A stretch of 64,000 bases of DNA from a virus. Lineage: Duplodnaviria > Caudoviricetes. Location: IMG/VR virus record IMGVR_UViG_3300027365_000007, one strand, 5' to 3'. The first letter of the stretch is position 1; every line of letters starts with the position of its first letter. Below are positions 33,771-43,455 of the stretch, piece after piece. Under the pieces are notes generated by a model that was not told the DNA's origin, ran no database searches, and saw nothing but the letters and a program-made list of their open reading frames with translations. The translations under genes were made by a program, and so were the position numbers.

Positions 33771-34127
33771 ATGTTTGAAACAAAAAAGATTCCTGCTAAC
33801 GTAGGAATGCAAAGTCTTGTTGGTATTATGGCTAATGAATATCCGGTAGGATTTGGAAATTACTTTTATTTTGCTAATGGTATGCGCAGTATCAACATGT
33901 GGGCAGAAAACCTAAGCCACGCGGCTTCACATTACCTTCAAGACGGTTTGGTCGAAGTTGACGTATGGTCAGATGGTGATAAGCAATGGGGCGTTGTAGT
34001 GGACGAGAGGCTACCTGAAGGATACACTTTCAATAAACCTTGCTTCACTGGCTGTCATCCACCTTCGGTGGATATGTTGCGTGAAATGAAAGAATATTAT
34101 GGCTGGGATCATAATGATGAGGGATGA
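33771..34127 (+). CDS. hypothetical protein
   Basis: GGAGG RBS before ATG 33771. Confidence 0.75.
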   Translation: MFETKKIPANVGMQSLVGIMANEYPVGFGNYFYFANGMRSINMWAENLSHAASHYLQDGLVEVDVWSDGDKQWGVVVDERLPEGYTFNKPCFTGCHPPSVDMLREMKEYYGWDHNDEG

Positions 34128-34137
34128 GGAATGAGCC

Positions 34138-34365
34138 ATGAGTAATGAAAAAACCAACTTAAAAAAAGTAGCAAAAATCATGCGTAAGATTTCTAAGTTA
34201 GTGCAATTAACTAATTGCTATCTTATGATTTTTGATAATACCTATCAAGTTACTGACTGTGATACTGATGAATCATACGACTTCGATACACCTGAAAAAG
34301 CATTGAATTATTTAGAAAATAAAAAAGAATATCTTGAAAAAGTATTTGAGTTGATTAACTCATAA
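34138..34365 (+). CDS. hypothetical protein
   Basis: 75 aa. Confidence 0.7.
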   Translation: MSNEKTNLKKVAKIMRKISKLVQLTNCYLMIFDNTYQVTDCDTDESYDFDTPEKALNYLENKKEYLEKVFELINS

Positions 34366-34403
34366 AGTGGTTGACAAAATCTAAATACCATGTAGAATAA
34401 ATA

Positions 34404-34514
34404 ACAGTAGAGCTAATTAAGATCATCCTTCTAACAATCCAAAACTTGCCATGTAACCGATCTTTAAACTTCTCTACACCCTATTTAAAAAGACCGCGAA
34501 GTGCGGTCTTTTTT
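34404..34514 (+). ncRNA. stand-alone small RNA candidate
   Basis: TTGACA 34371-34376 and TAGAAT 34393-34398, long stem, terminator, no plus-strand ORF. Confidence 0.5.
34487..34514. terminator. Rho-independent terminator
   Basis: AAAAAGACCGC-GAAGT-GCGGTCTTTTT. Confidence 0.85.
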
Positions 34515-34684
34515 ATTTGTCTCTTGTACTGAACTGCAAGTTCTACGAAGAAAAATACAATCGAATCTGTGGGATTTGATGAAGTACTTTAAGGATGAAT
34601 GTAAAAATAGCTTTACAGTGACAAAGAACTTTGCTATTCTATTGGTAACTTAAAAAACGTCTCTAGAAATTATATAGGTGTTTT

Positions 34685-34861
34685 ATGAATAAAACATTGA
34701 TCAAAACTTTATCCAATGGTAACCATATCTATAAATTTACCGATGGACATGGCACACCCCGTTATCGTGTTCTTCGTGGGAAGCATTGGATCGGTAAGAC
34801 TCTAGATGGTGGATACATTTCTGCACGTGCTGCAAAGAATTTTGCAATGAAAAACGGATAA
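34685..34861 (+). CDS. 58-aa protein, module gene A copy 2
   Basis: Paralogue of 30421..30597. Confidence 0.8.
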   Translation: MNKTLIKTLSNGNHIYKFTDGHGTPRYRVLRGKHWIGKTLDGGYISARAAKNFAMKNG

Positions 34862-34867
34862 TAATAT

Positions 34868-35221
34868 ATGTCTGAAGCACCCTTTGAAAAACACCGTATG
34901 TCTGAAGCTCTACAAAGTGGAAGTCCTACGATAATTCCAAATAACATGAATAGAGAGTCAATGAGAGAATTCATTTTAGATTCTAACAACCACACAAATG
35001 AAGAGGTAGGTGTTATGAAAAATAAAGCCGTTGAAGCTATGGTCCGAGTACAGTTCAATATTCCAGAAGATACCCAAGTGACTGTGAAGTGTATGGCGCG
35101 TGTAGATAATATGTTTGAATTTGAAGTTGAATGGATGGACGATGATAATATCCTTTATCAATGCCCTGTGAAACTTCCTCTGATCTCTTATACTGAAGAT
35201 ACAAGCTTTGCATGCTCTTAA
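34868..35221 (+). CDS. fusion of module genes B and C, copy 2
   Basis: In-frame fusion with internal GAGG RBS before MKNKAVE. Confidence 0.75.
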   Translation: MSEAPFEKHRMSEALQSGSPTIIPNNMNRESMREFILDSNNHTNEEVGVMKNKAVEAMVRVQFNIPEDTQVTVKCMARVDNMFEFEVEWMDDDNILYQCPVKLPLISYTEDTSFACS

Positions 35222-35233
35222 GAATGGTGATGT

Positions 35234-35776
35234 ATGAAACTTTTCAGTGTATCAAAGGTTAAAAATTTTTTAGATAACGCTAACAAAGATCTTCAAAGAA
35301 AATTGTTGAATGATGGTGATGCTGAACGTATATTCATGAATATCGAAAAATTTTTAAAATTATGTGTCAAGGATCTTGATGATTTTTCAATGTTACGGAT
35401 TCTTTTTAAAAGAAAGAAATGTATTGACTCGACATATCTAAATGTATTGTTAACATACAATAATGTTGATGTTGTGGAAATAGATCAAGATGGAAATAAT
35501 GCTCCCATGGATTGTCCAGCAAAATGTATTAATCTCAAATATCCGATTAAAAACCTTAAGGGTTGTAATAGTGAGTACGTTAATGATTTTGTTGTATATC
35601 TCAAACATGGATCTGAAAAATCACAAAAATGTATCAAACGTTTAATGAACCGTTTGGAATCACAGTTCCGTGATATTGATAGTAATGATTTTCTACCAGA
35701 CTACATGGAACTTTCGGTTACGCAATATGCTCTTATTCGTGAAGTGTCAGCTTTTACAAACATAGACGTGAACTGA
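35234..35776 (+). CDS. hypothetical protein
   Basis: 180 aa. Confidence 0.7.
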   Translation: MKLFSVSKVKNFLDNANKDLQRKLLNDGDAERIFMNIEKFLKLCVKDLDDFSMLRILFKRKKCIDSTYLNVLLTYNNVDVVEIDQDGNNAPMDCPAKCINLKYPIKNLKGCNSEYVNDFVVYLKHGSEKSQKCIKRLMNRLESQFRDIDSNDFLPDYMELSVTQYALIREVSAFTNIDVN

Positions 35777-35790
35777 GACAATGGTGATTT

Positions 35791-35997
35791 ATGAAAAGAC
35801 AAGTACCAACGGTCACCTCGGCATTGGAAGAATCAAGAAACCTTGTGTCAGATGATGCCGAAAAGAATAATTTGAAATCACCTCAAGAATACCGTGAGGT
35901 TTTTGATAAAATTTGTAATATGAATAGTTTTCCAGACTATATTCGCGAGGCGTATTACGACGGTATTGAGTTTGGTTTTGAAGAATTATTTCAATAA
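35791..35997 (+). CDS. hypothetical protein
   Basis: 68 aa. Confidence 0.65.
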   Translation: MKRQVPTVTSALEESRNLVSDDAEKNNLKSPQEYREVFDKICNMNSFPDYIREAYYDGIEFGFEELFQ

Positions 35998-36008
35998 AGG
36001 AAGAAATT

Positions 36009-36647
36009 ATGAACCACATTTACGAAAAATCGCGTTTGATTAGCTTGGTACAATACTATCAAGATACGATCAATATTTTGGTTGAAACTGAACAGGAGAA
36101 AATCAAGACCCTTTATAAGAATTATGAACCTGTCTTCGACAAAATTAAGCAAATGCTTAATGATCTTGAAGCAGAATTTATTCCTGAAGATAATCAGTCA
36201 CCAAAGAAAAAAACATTCAAGTTTTTTAAGAACAAAAAAGATGAGCCAACACATAAGCGTCGTTTATGTATTGATTCTATCGTAGATTATGTTAAAGAAA
36301 ATGGTCTCCATATTACATCGTTTAACTATCACGATCTGGATAGAAAATATATAGCCTATCACTACACATCCAAATACAATTTGTATAGTTCGACTCCTAT
36401 TAATCCAGTACATAGGCTTCTTGGTGAACATGACTATGATATGTTCGATTTCTTTGTGTATCGCGAAAACGATAATGAAATTACAATACAAAATCTAAAT
36501 GATGTGAAAAATAGACTCATTAGAGCATTTGGGCATATCCTTGATAGTGGAAAAATACTGCCGGATCAATTCAGCCTTTCATATGACGAGCAAAAAACTT
36601 TAAATTATATTCATAAGATCATCGGTGATTTAACAACTAAAGGATGA
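36009..36647 (+). CDS. hypothetical protein
   Basis: 212 aa. Confidence 0.7.
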   Translation: MNHIYEKSRLISLVQYYQDTINILVETEQEKIKTLYKNYEPVFDKIKQMLNDLEAEFIPEDNQSPKKKTFKFFKNKKDEPTHKRRLCIDSIVDYVKENGLHITSFNYHDLDRKYIAYHYTSKYNLYSSTPINPVHRLLGEHDYDMFDFFVYRENDNEITIQNLNDVKNRLIRAFGHILDSGKILPDQFSLSYDEQKTLNYIHKIIGDLTTKG

Positions 36648-36994
36648 GAAATGAAATGAGTCTTATGTACCTATCGCACTCATTTAGAATACCACAGGCT
36701 ATCGAACTATTTTTATCAATCAATATGTCCACAGAGTTCATGGAACTCTGGATTCGTTCTAATGATGAGATAGACAAAAAGTATGAAGATGAAATAAAAG
36801 AAAAATTAATGCAACAACTTAAAATCAAGACACCGAAACGTTTTTGGGTGAAATTATTTGCGTCGAGATATATAACCGACGCCTGTGTTATGATAACAAT
36901 TTTTACAGATAGTAATAACTTTGACCCAAATTACGTAAAGTTAAAAAATCGCCACCTGTATGATATTATATCTCCATACTTAAAATTTTACTGA
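36644..36994 (+). CDS. hypothetical protein, C-terminal K-L-K family
   Basis: NYVKLKNRHLY. Confidence 0.65.
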   Translation: MRNEMSLMYLSHSFRIPQAIELFLSINMSTEFMELWIRSNDEIDKKYEDEIKEKLMQQLKIKTPKRFWVKLFASRYITDACVMITIFTDSNNFDPNYVKLKNRHLYDIISPYLKFY

Positions 36995-37797
36995 TTCTTA
37001 AGAAACCATTCATCAAATTCACGGAACGTCATATTTTTGATAATGTCACGCATAATCACAAATTTCTTAGCACGTTCCTGATCACCCTCTTTAAAGCTCT
37101 TGAGAGCTACGGCATCATACTTTGACTTCAGGGTGTTCTGAGCATAGCCATATATTTTAAAAGGCTTCTGTGGCTTCTCTCCGGGCATTCTAGGCTGATT
37201 CACAATCATCTGCTTCACATCTTTGACTACATTTAGATATTCTTCAGTACCTTTTTGGTTTTTAGCTTCTTGTTTGGAGATACTAAACTTCTTTTCCATA
37301 GTAGGTCTGATTTCAGATTCTTTCTGATTACTCGCCATAGCATCTTTCTTGATAATTGAGCTTCTTACTTCTTTGCGTATATACGGACGTTCTTCAAAGT
37401 CACCCAATGCCGAATCATAAAGCGCATCTGTAATTTCATCAACAGAATATTTTGGATAAAACTTAGTAACCCATTGATCAATTACTGCATAAACATCTCC
37501 GATACGTGCAAGCTCTTCACGAGTTATACCACGCAATTCTTCCGACTGCTTAGATTCAGGTTTCTTCTCACTCTTCTGGGATTTTAGATATGTGAAAAAT
37601 TCACCGGGAGAAACCTTCTTAATTGCTTCCTGTTCATCACCCTCAAGCTCATTACCCAACGCTTTACGTACACTGTAAAACTTATGAGACGCATTATTGA
37701 ACTCACCAGTTGTTTTACGAAACCTGTCTAACAGCTTCTGTAAAAGTGTTTCGTCTGTCTCAGTAATGATGCTTTCAACCAGATCTAAAATTTTCAT
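36988..37797 (-). CDS. putative internal head protein (MKILDLVES)
   Basis: Shared N-terminal motif; K/E-rich. Confidence 0.6.
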   Translation of the reverse strand: MKILDLVESIITETDETLLQKLLDRFRKTTGEFNNASHKFYSVRKALGNELEGDEQEAIKKVSPGEFFTYLKSQKSEKKPESKQSEELRGITREELARIGDVYAVIDQWVTKFYPKYSVDEITDALYDSALGDFEERPYIRKEVRSSIIKKDAMASNQKESEIRPTMEKKFSISKQEAKNQKGTEEYLNVVKDVKQMIVNQPRMPGEKPQKPFKIYGYAQNTLKSKYDAVALKSFKEGDQERAKKFVIMRDIIKNMTFREFDEWFLKNQ

Positions 37798-37832
37798 ATA
37801 TATCCTCAGTATTCTTTCAATTATATTACTAT

Positions 37833-38867
37833 TTAGGAATTATTTTTATTCTTTATGTAATATTCCAATAGTCCGTATAAATCCCCACCCACTCCATTGT
37901 TTTGCAAAACTGCGTATGGACCTTTGGGTAACATAATCTCAGTTCTATCATTTTGTGCTATAATGTCTTTCAAATCTTCTGTCTTTTCGATACTATCAAC
38001 ATATTTCTTCGACTCACTTACAATCCATTGTTCTTTATAATCACGAAAAGCTTCTAAGGTAAGGATAGTCAGTTCATATAATAGCTTTTCAAATTGATCG
38101 TAGTATTCCCCTTCAAGCTCTGAAATTTTTTCTAAGCTATACATCATAGTTAATACATTGAACATTTCTCGATAAGCAGCTTTGATAACGGCTTCATTGA
38201 TAACAAAATCAAAGTCATTTAATTCTGTAAGTTTAGCGTTAGATATAAATCTGATAAAAATTGTATCAACATAATTCGAAATATGTTTATTAATATAACG
38301 ACCTATATCCGGTTTGATATATCCACCAAATAAGGCATCAATCTTATTAAGCAGTGATTTTACTTTATCAGTTTTTGAAAAGTCCTTAAGCATGGAACTA
38401 ATATTGTTTCTATACTTAACACTGTTGAATATTTTACTACTGACATACATATCATCTACCAATGTACTGTAATATAATTCATAATCACTAGAAAGTGGGA
38501 AAACTCTAAAGACTTCTCCATATTCTGAGGCTTGTGAGGGACTTAACGTTGCGAAAACCATAGAACGTATTTGAGCACCTAACTTATCATTTGATATGTC
38601 GTTGATGGTATTGTGTATGACATTTGGTGTATCCATGGGTTTTTGACGATAAACTATGTTATTGACTTCACCACTCTTCAATTTTCCACCATGATATAAC
38701 ATGGGTATATCATTTTTTACAATTTCCCACGATGATTCTATATCGCTTAAATCCAGACTCTCAAACCAATCTTTAAGATTGATTTCAAAAAATTCACTGT
38801 TAATGATTTGATCATATAGTGAATCTAATGATTCATTTTCTTCTTCAAATAAATGTTTTATTTTCAT
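37833..38867 (-). CDS. ART-like paralogue family protein
   Basis: LYHG, PMDT, IRSMVFAT, EYG and TEIM motifs; TATAAATA at 38890-38897. Confidence 0.6.
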   Translation of the reverse strand: MKIKHLFEEENESLDSLYDQIINSEFFEINLKDWFESLDLSDIESSWEIVKNDIPMLYHGGKLKSGEVNNIVYRQKPMDTPNVIHNTINDISNDKLGAQIRSMVFATLSPSQASEYGEVFRVFPLSSDYELYYSTLVDDMYVSSKIFNSVKYRNNISSMLKDFSKTDKVKSLLNKIDALFGGYIKPDIGRYINKHISNYVDTIFIRFISNAKLTELNDFDFVINEAVIKAAYREMFNVLTMMYSLEKISELEGEYYDQFEKLLYELTILTLEAFRDYKEQWIVSESKKYVDSIEKTEDLKDIIAQNDRTEIMLPKGPYAVLQNNGVGGDLYGLLEYYIKNKNNS

Positions 38868-39059
38868 TTTAAATCCTCATGTATACGGTTATTTATAACT
38901 GTTATAAATATATGTAACGCGATAATAGGGGTACAATTTTGAGAGTATATGATGTAAGTTTAAAGAAAATAAAGATAGGAAAGCGTATAGTAAGTTTGCT
39001 ATCTGACGATAATTGGCTAACAAACAATCCATCAATATGGAGTTTTTAATAGCGGTGAG

Positions 39060-39389
39060 TTGACCGCACAATCTACTGGTTCAGGTTATATTGCCTACCA
39101 GACTATTGATTCGTTAGAATTAGGAAAGGACTACGAAATATCGTTTGATGTGGATTTCTTTGAGGTGGTTGATTCAGCGCCAACATTGAACTTTGTTCTA
39201 GGAGATGTCAATAACACATCACAACGCAAGGGGATTAGTGATGTACGTGGTGGTGGTAGTACGAAATCCTATACAGGTACTTTAACGTGTTACGACAAGA
39301 CACTTAGGTTTTGGAATAATCGATATGTGACATCAGTCCCAAGGTTTTCAGGAAGAATATACAATCTGGTATTGAAAGAAATAGAGTGA
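39060..39389 (+). CDS. beta-sandwich (CBM-like) domain protein, start uncertain
   Basis: YQTI..LE.GK.YEISFDV pattern. Confidence 0.45.
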   Translation: MTAQSTGSGYIAYQTIDSLELGKDYEISFDVDFFEVVDSAPTLNFVLGDVNNTSQRKGISDVRGGGSTKSYTGTLTCYDKTLRFWNNRYVTSVPRFSGRIYNLVLKEIE

Positions 39390-39400
39390 TAAAATAATAT

Positions 39401-40603
39401 ATGCGAATATTCAATCTTAAAGAAGGAATAGAGGAATTAGATCTAGAATCTTATAAGTCTCTTATTGAAGGAGATTACTCTGACGCGTACAAACTAGTCC
39501 AAGAAGGCAATGTTATATACAAGGGAATGTATGAAATATTCCAAGACCAACCTTACTTTTTTACAAGAATAAAGAACCGTCAGTCAGCAAACGTTCCTAA
39601 TTATTACACATTATGGATCAATAATCATGATGATTGGGCTAGATTTCCTAATAGAAATGTCATTGGTACCACATCGGAAAAGTTTGCCGAACCATACGGA
39701 TTTTTTACTTTAGTAATACTACCTAAAAATGGTACAAAAATTGGTGTTTGTCCGTCTGATGATATTTGGTATTCCTTCCCAGTGCACACCATAATGGATA
39801 AAAATGTTGTTGATGTGTTAGAATTATTTGAACGTCTGTTTGAATACTATTATAATGAAAAACCTACGACATACAACCAACTAATAAAGTTTCTTTCTAA
39901 TATGAAAATTACTGAAGAGGACGTTCAGTCACTTGATGTTTATCCAGATATGGCAGACATTATACAGATGTTAATAAAGAATAATCCTTTAGACGTATTC
40001 CAGAAGTTATTTTACCCTAAAGGCTTCGATATAGTTTCTATGAAGGATATCAGAAACATTAATAATAAAGAAGTTTGGTTTGATGGTGATTTCATAGGCA
40101 TACCATTGGACGATTTTAAAAAGTTTGTACCATTAAGTAGTACATTGAATGAATCGGTTAGTGATTACGATAATTGGACAATGCATGATGAAGAGACGTT
40201 AAAATCCGACTTTGATGAGTATCAGTTTAAAGAGGAACGTAAATGGAAAGATCGTGCGGAACGAATGGGTTTCAGATATCCCATATTCCCAACATTTGAA
40301 AGCTATAAACACAGTATTGAAAATGGCGAGGTGGTAGAATTGTCGGATGATCGTTGGGACGAGATCGAAAATTTATCAAAAAATAGCAGTCTCGATAGTA
40401 TCAATGATATGGTAAATGGGTATACAGTACCACGCGATGTTGAACGTATCAAACAGGGTATTGAGAATGATTCAAAGATACCATATCCTGTAATTTTGAA
40501 AGGAACTAATGGTTACCATATTATGTCTGGAAATACACGAATAAACACCGCACGTGTACTGGGAGTAACCCCGAAAGTATTAATTCTAGATGTTTCTGAA
40601 TAA
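39401..40603 (+). CDS. ART-like (distant) plus ParB/Srx-like fusion protein
   Basis: N-terminus resembles 50461..51399; C-terminal PVIL...HIMSGNTR. Confidence 0.55.
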   Translation: MRIFNLKEGIEELDLESYKSLIEGDYSDAYKLVQEGNVIYKGMYEIFQDQPYFFTRIKNRQSANVPNYYTLWINNHDDWARFPNRNVIGTTSEKFAEPYGFFTLVILPKNGTKIGVCPSDDIWYSFPVHTIMDKNVVDVLELFERLFEYYYNEKPTTYNQLIKFLSNMKITEEDVQSLDVYPDMADIIQMLIKNNPLDVFQKLFYPKGFDIVSMKDIRNINNKEVWFDGDFIGIPLDDFKKFVPLSSTLNESVSDYDNWTMHDEETLKSDFDEYQFKEERKWKDRAERMGFRYPIFPTFESYKHSIENGEVVELSDDRWDEIENLSKNSSLDSINDMVNGYTVPRDVERIKQGIENDSKIPYPVILKGTNGYHIMSGNTRINTARVLGVTPKVLILDVSE

Positions 40604-40668
40604 ATTAATTAAAAGACTTGAAATGGCTGATAGTATCGGGTATACTATTAATAAATAGGAGAGATGAT

Positions 40669-40845
40669 ATGCCAATCGTATTGACCGAAGCACAAAAATC
40701 AAAAGTAGAAATTCTGAAAGAAGCTGTTGAAGATGCAGATATCATTTCAGATGAAGAATTTACTAACATCATGTACGAACTTAAAGATCAAGGTGTTGAC
40801 GTTGAAATGGTATTGCGTGAAGATTATGGAATCGATTTTGAATGA
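40669..40845 (+). CDS. small acidic protein, antitoxin candidate
   Basis: GGAG RBS; ATGA overlap with the next gene. Confidence 0.55.
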   Translation: MPIVLTEAQKSKVEILKEAVEDADIISDEEFTNIMYELKDQGVDVEMVLREDYGIDFE

Positions 40846-41192
40846 AGCTTATTGATTTAGGACTCAAAGGAATATTTGAGTCGAAAGAGTATAAAATAAA
40901 AAAGTCAAAGAAATTTAACAAATTCAAGATTAAATATTCGAATAAAAAGAGTAATATTAAACTCCTTGATAACTTGGTTAAAACCCTTCAGAAAGAAGGT
41001 GAGATAGTTGATCATGGTGTTCACCGTATCAATCAACCTATCTACTCAGAATATACAGGCGGTAATGAAACGGGTTGGCAAAGTGTGTATATTTCCAAGA
41101 GTGATGACTTGCGCCTAATGTATAAACGATTCAATGATGGAGTCATTGAAGTGAAATTTGGAAAGGCTACAGACGTAGGTTACACACATTAG
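40842..41192 (+). CDS. RelE/YafQ-like ribonuclease candidate
   Basis: K.F.K...LL..LV..L...DH.VH...W...DLRLMY pattern. Confidence 0.5.
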   Translation: MKLIDLGLKGIFESKEYKIKKSKKFNKFKIKYSNKKSNIKLLDNLVKTLQKEGEIVDHGVHRINQPIYSEYTGGNETGWQSVYISKSDDLRLMYKRFNDGVIEVKFGKATDVGYTH

Positions 41193-41201
41193 TATAACCT
41201 A

Positions 41202-41972
41202 CTAATCCCATATCTCTTCTGTGAACTCATCCCACATATCAGGACTTATCAAATAGAAACCGTCTGGCATATAACACATAATCTCTGTCTCCCGTGGAGG
41301 AATATCTTCTGATCCAACTATTTTATGAACGTTGTAATCATCACTAATGTCTGTTTCAATGGTATTATATAATTCGGATATAAATAGTTCAATAAAAGTG
41401 TCGCCTATTTCTTTTTCATGCTCTGTTTCATATTTTATTGATTCTTTAACTTGTTTAACTTCATCAAGGCTTCGGCAATATTCTATCTTGAAAATCTCTC
41501 TATTATATTTTGAAACGACATCGTTCAATTCTTCACTTGTGATATCATCATCCAACTCTTCTATTTCATCAATGATTTGATCGGCAACAAATGCAGGCAT
41601 GTCCTCTGCGTTAAACTGTGCCGTGAAATCTTCAACACCTTCCGCATAGTATAGTGTATAATCACCGACAGGAACGACTACTTTAAGAACACCATATGCG
41701 TCGGCAGTATTATGATCTTGCGTTGCATAGAAAAGGTCTCGTATAGGTAATCCATAACTCTGCTTAAGGATCTGATTGGCTATAGCGTTGATAATCTGCG
41801 GAGTGTCTTTAGAGCCCTTCCTAAAGTGAAATTTGTTTAATGTATAGGGATCAACGTTCCCACCTGTACCGTGATATAAAGTGAAATCGGGGTATTTGTG
41901 TTGGAAATCTTTTACTGCGTTAAACAGTTGTTCATTGTTTTGGTTTTCATTTAGTATATCTTTTATTTTCAT
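41202..41972 (-). CDS. ART-like paralogue family protein
   Basis: LYHG, SKDT, IRDLFYAT, AYG and TEIM motifs. Confidence 0.6.
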   Translation of the reverse strand: MKIKDILNENQNNEQLFNAVKDFQHKYPDFTLYHGTGGNVDPYTLNKFHFRKGSKDTPQIINAIANQILKQSYGLPIRDLFYATQDHNTADAYGVLKVVVPVGDYTLYYAEGVEDFTAQFNAEDMPAFVADQIIDEIEELDDDITSEELNDVVSKYNREIFKIEYCRSLDEVKQVKESIKYETEHEKEIGDTFIELFISELYNTIETDISDDYNVHKIVGSEDIPPRETEIMCYMPDGFYLISPDMWDEFTEEIWD

Positions 41973-42403
41973 TTTATTTCCTTATATGAGCTTCGTATAA
42001 CTTGCGCATTGTTATCTTTAGCCCATTTAATTAATGGTGATACATTACCTAAGTCATTCGTCTCAATCGTTCTTAAATGGGTGTCACCCACTACAACAGC
42101 AATTGTTTGATACCGGCAATCATTTACTACATTGTTCAAATGCTTAACCATTGAAACCTCACGCTTTTCAAACTGACTTCTTAAGTCATCATTATATTTC
42201 ACTTCATCTTCCAAAGGGAGAACATCTACGTTGGGTAATGCGTCATTGTAAAATTCTTTATCTTCCCAATACAGTTCGTGGATTATAACATCTGGGTTTA
42301 GTCTTACGACAGCGTTTCTAATTCTCTCAACTTCTTCTGGTATAGTGTGATTTTCACCGTAAATATATACTGATTTTGGGACATCAATATCTTTTATTTT
42401 CAT
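41969..42403 (-). CDS. hypothetical protein, possible TraB/ChaN-like hydrolase fold
   Basis: IYGENH...PDVIIHE...VVGDTHL. Confidence 0.4.
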   Translation of the reverse strand: MKIKDIDVPKSVYIYGENHTIPEEVERIRNAVVRLNPDVIIHELYWEDKEFYNDALPNVDVLPLEDEVKYNDDLRSQFEKREVSMVKHLNNVVNDCRYQTIAVVVGDTHLRTIETNDLGNVSPLIKWAKDNNAQVIRSSYKEIK

Positions 42404-42456
42404 GATTAAATCCTGTATTTTTATTTATTTATCTTCCTTGTGAATCGAATACCTAT

Positions 42457-42705
42457 ATGATATCATTAGTCATTATGAAAAATATAACATTGAAAAAAGA
42501 ATACTACTGGTTAGAAGTGGATCAGCATGGAAACACATCACAGCCTAGAGTGGCTGGTAGTTTCGATGATGGTTACTTTAATTTGAATAAATCTGGAATT
42601 ACAGACAAACATATAGCCATACAACGTCTCGAAAAGTATTATGAAGTTGGTGGTTCTGGTGAATATATTCTTGTTGAAAAGCACATGAAGGATAACAATG
42701 ACTGA
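42457..42705 (+). CDS. hypothetical protein
   Basis: 82 aa. Confidence 0.6.
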   Translation: MISLVIMKNITLKKEYYWLEVDQHGNTSQPRVAGSFDDGYFNLNKSGITDKHIAIQRLEKYYEVGGSGEYILVEKHMKDNND

Positions 42706-43087
42706 GGATATTGCAACGAACAAAGTAAATGATAAGTTATTATATAAACAGCCACAACTGTCTTATGTGATAAAAGTTGTAAAATTACGCCATAGATTTA
42801 TTTTTTATGCACAGGACCGTACCGGCTATGATTTTAGTACTTTATACGATTTATGCATTAATCAACCAACTCAACAATTATGTGATATTCTAAGGGACTA
42901 TGTAACAGAACCATACAAAAATCTAGAAGCTGAAATTTCCTTTGATTCACGGCAATACAAAGAAATATTTCCAAAGGGTTCTGAAATTAGATACTTCTAT
43001 GTAATGATTAGATTTAAAAGTCGGGATAAAATTAATAAAATGAAACTGAAATATCCCAAGCTGATGGATGAGATAGGGGTAGCATAA
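42698..43087 (+). CDS. hypothetical protein, K-L-K-Y-P family
   Basis: INKMKLKYP. Confidence 0.65.
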   Translation: MTEDIATNKVNDKLLYKQPQLSYVIKVVKLRHRFIFYAQDRTGYDFSTLYDLCINQPTQQLCDILRDYVTEPYKNLEAEISFDSRQYKEIFPKGSEIRYFYVMIRFKSRDKINKMKLKYPKLMDEIGVA

Positions 43088-43455
43088 TGCCATCTAGTGA
43101 AAATATACATCATTTAACGTTAGAATATGCGTGTAACCGTTATGCTTTTTGTCAATATGTAATCGGGAATCATAGTAATTTCAAATCACAAACAATTAAG
43201 CATGAGGTAATACATAATCGTTCTGGAACACAGTATGAAGAGTTGCTGAACATTCTTGAAGAGTATGTTAAATCCTCTATCAAACCTATTTGGGATGTTG
43301 CAATCAATGTTGACGTAGAACATTCTAACCTATTATTCCCAACAGGACTTAATCAGCGAACAATAGTAGTTCATATCAAAATAGATGCTGATGTTTATAA
43401 TCTATTTAAATTAAAACACTCAAAATTCCATCAACAGCTTAAATCAACTCAATAA
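43087..43455 (+). CDS. hypothetical protein, F-K-L-K family
   Basis: YNLFKLKH. Confidence 0.65.
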   Translation: MPSSENIHHLTLEYACNRYAFCQYVIGNHSNFKSQTIKHEVIHNRSGTQYEELLNILEEYVKSSIKPIWDVAINVDVEHSNLLFPTGLNQRTIVVHIKIDADVYNLFKLKHSKFHQQLKSTQ

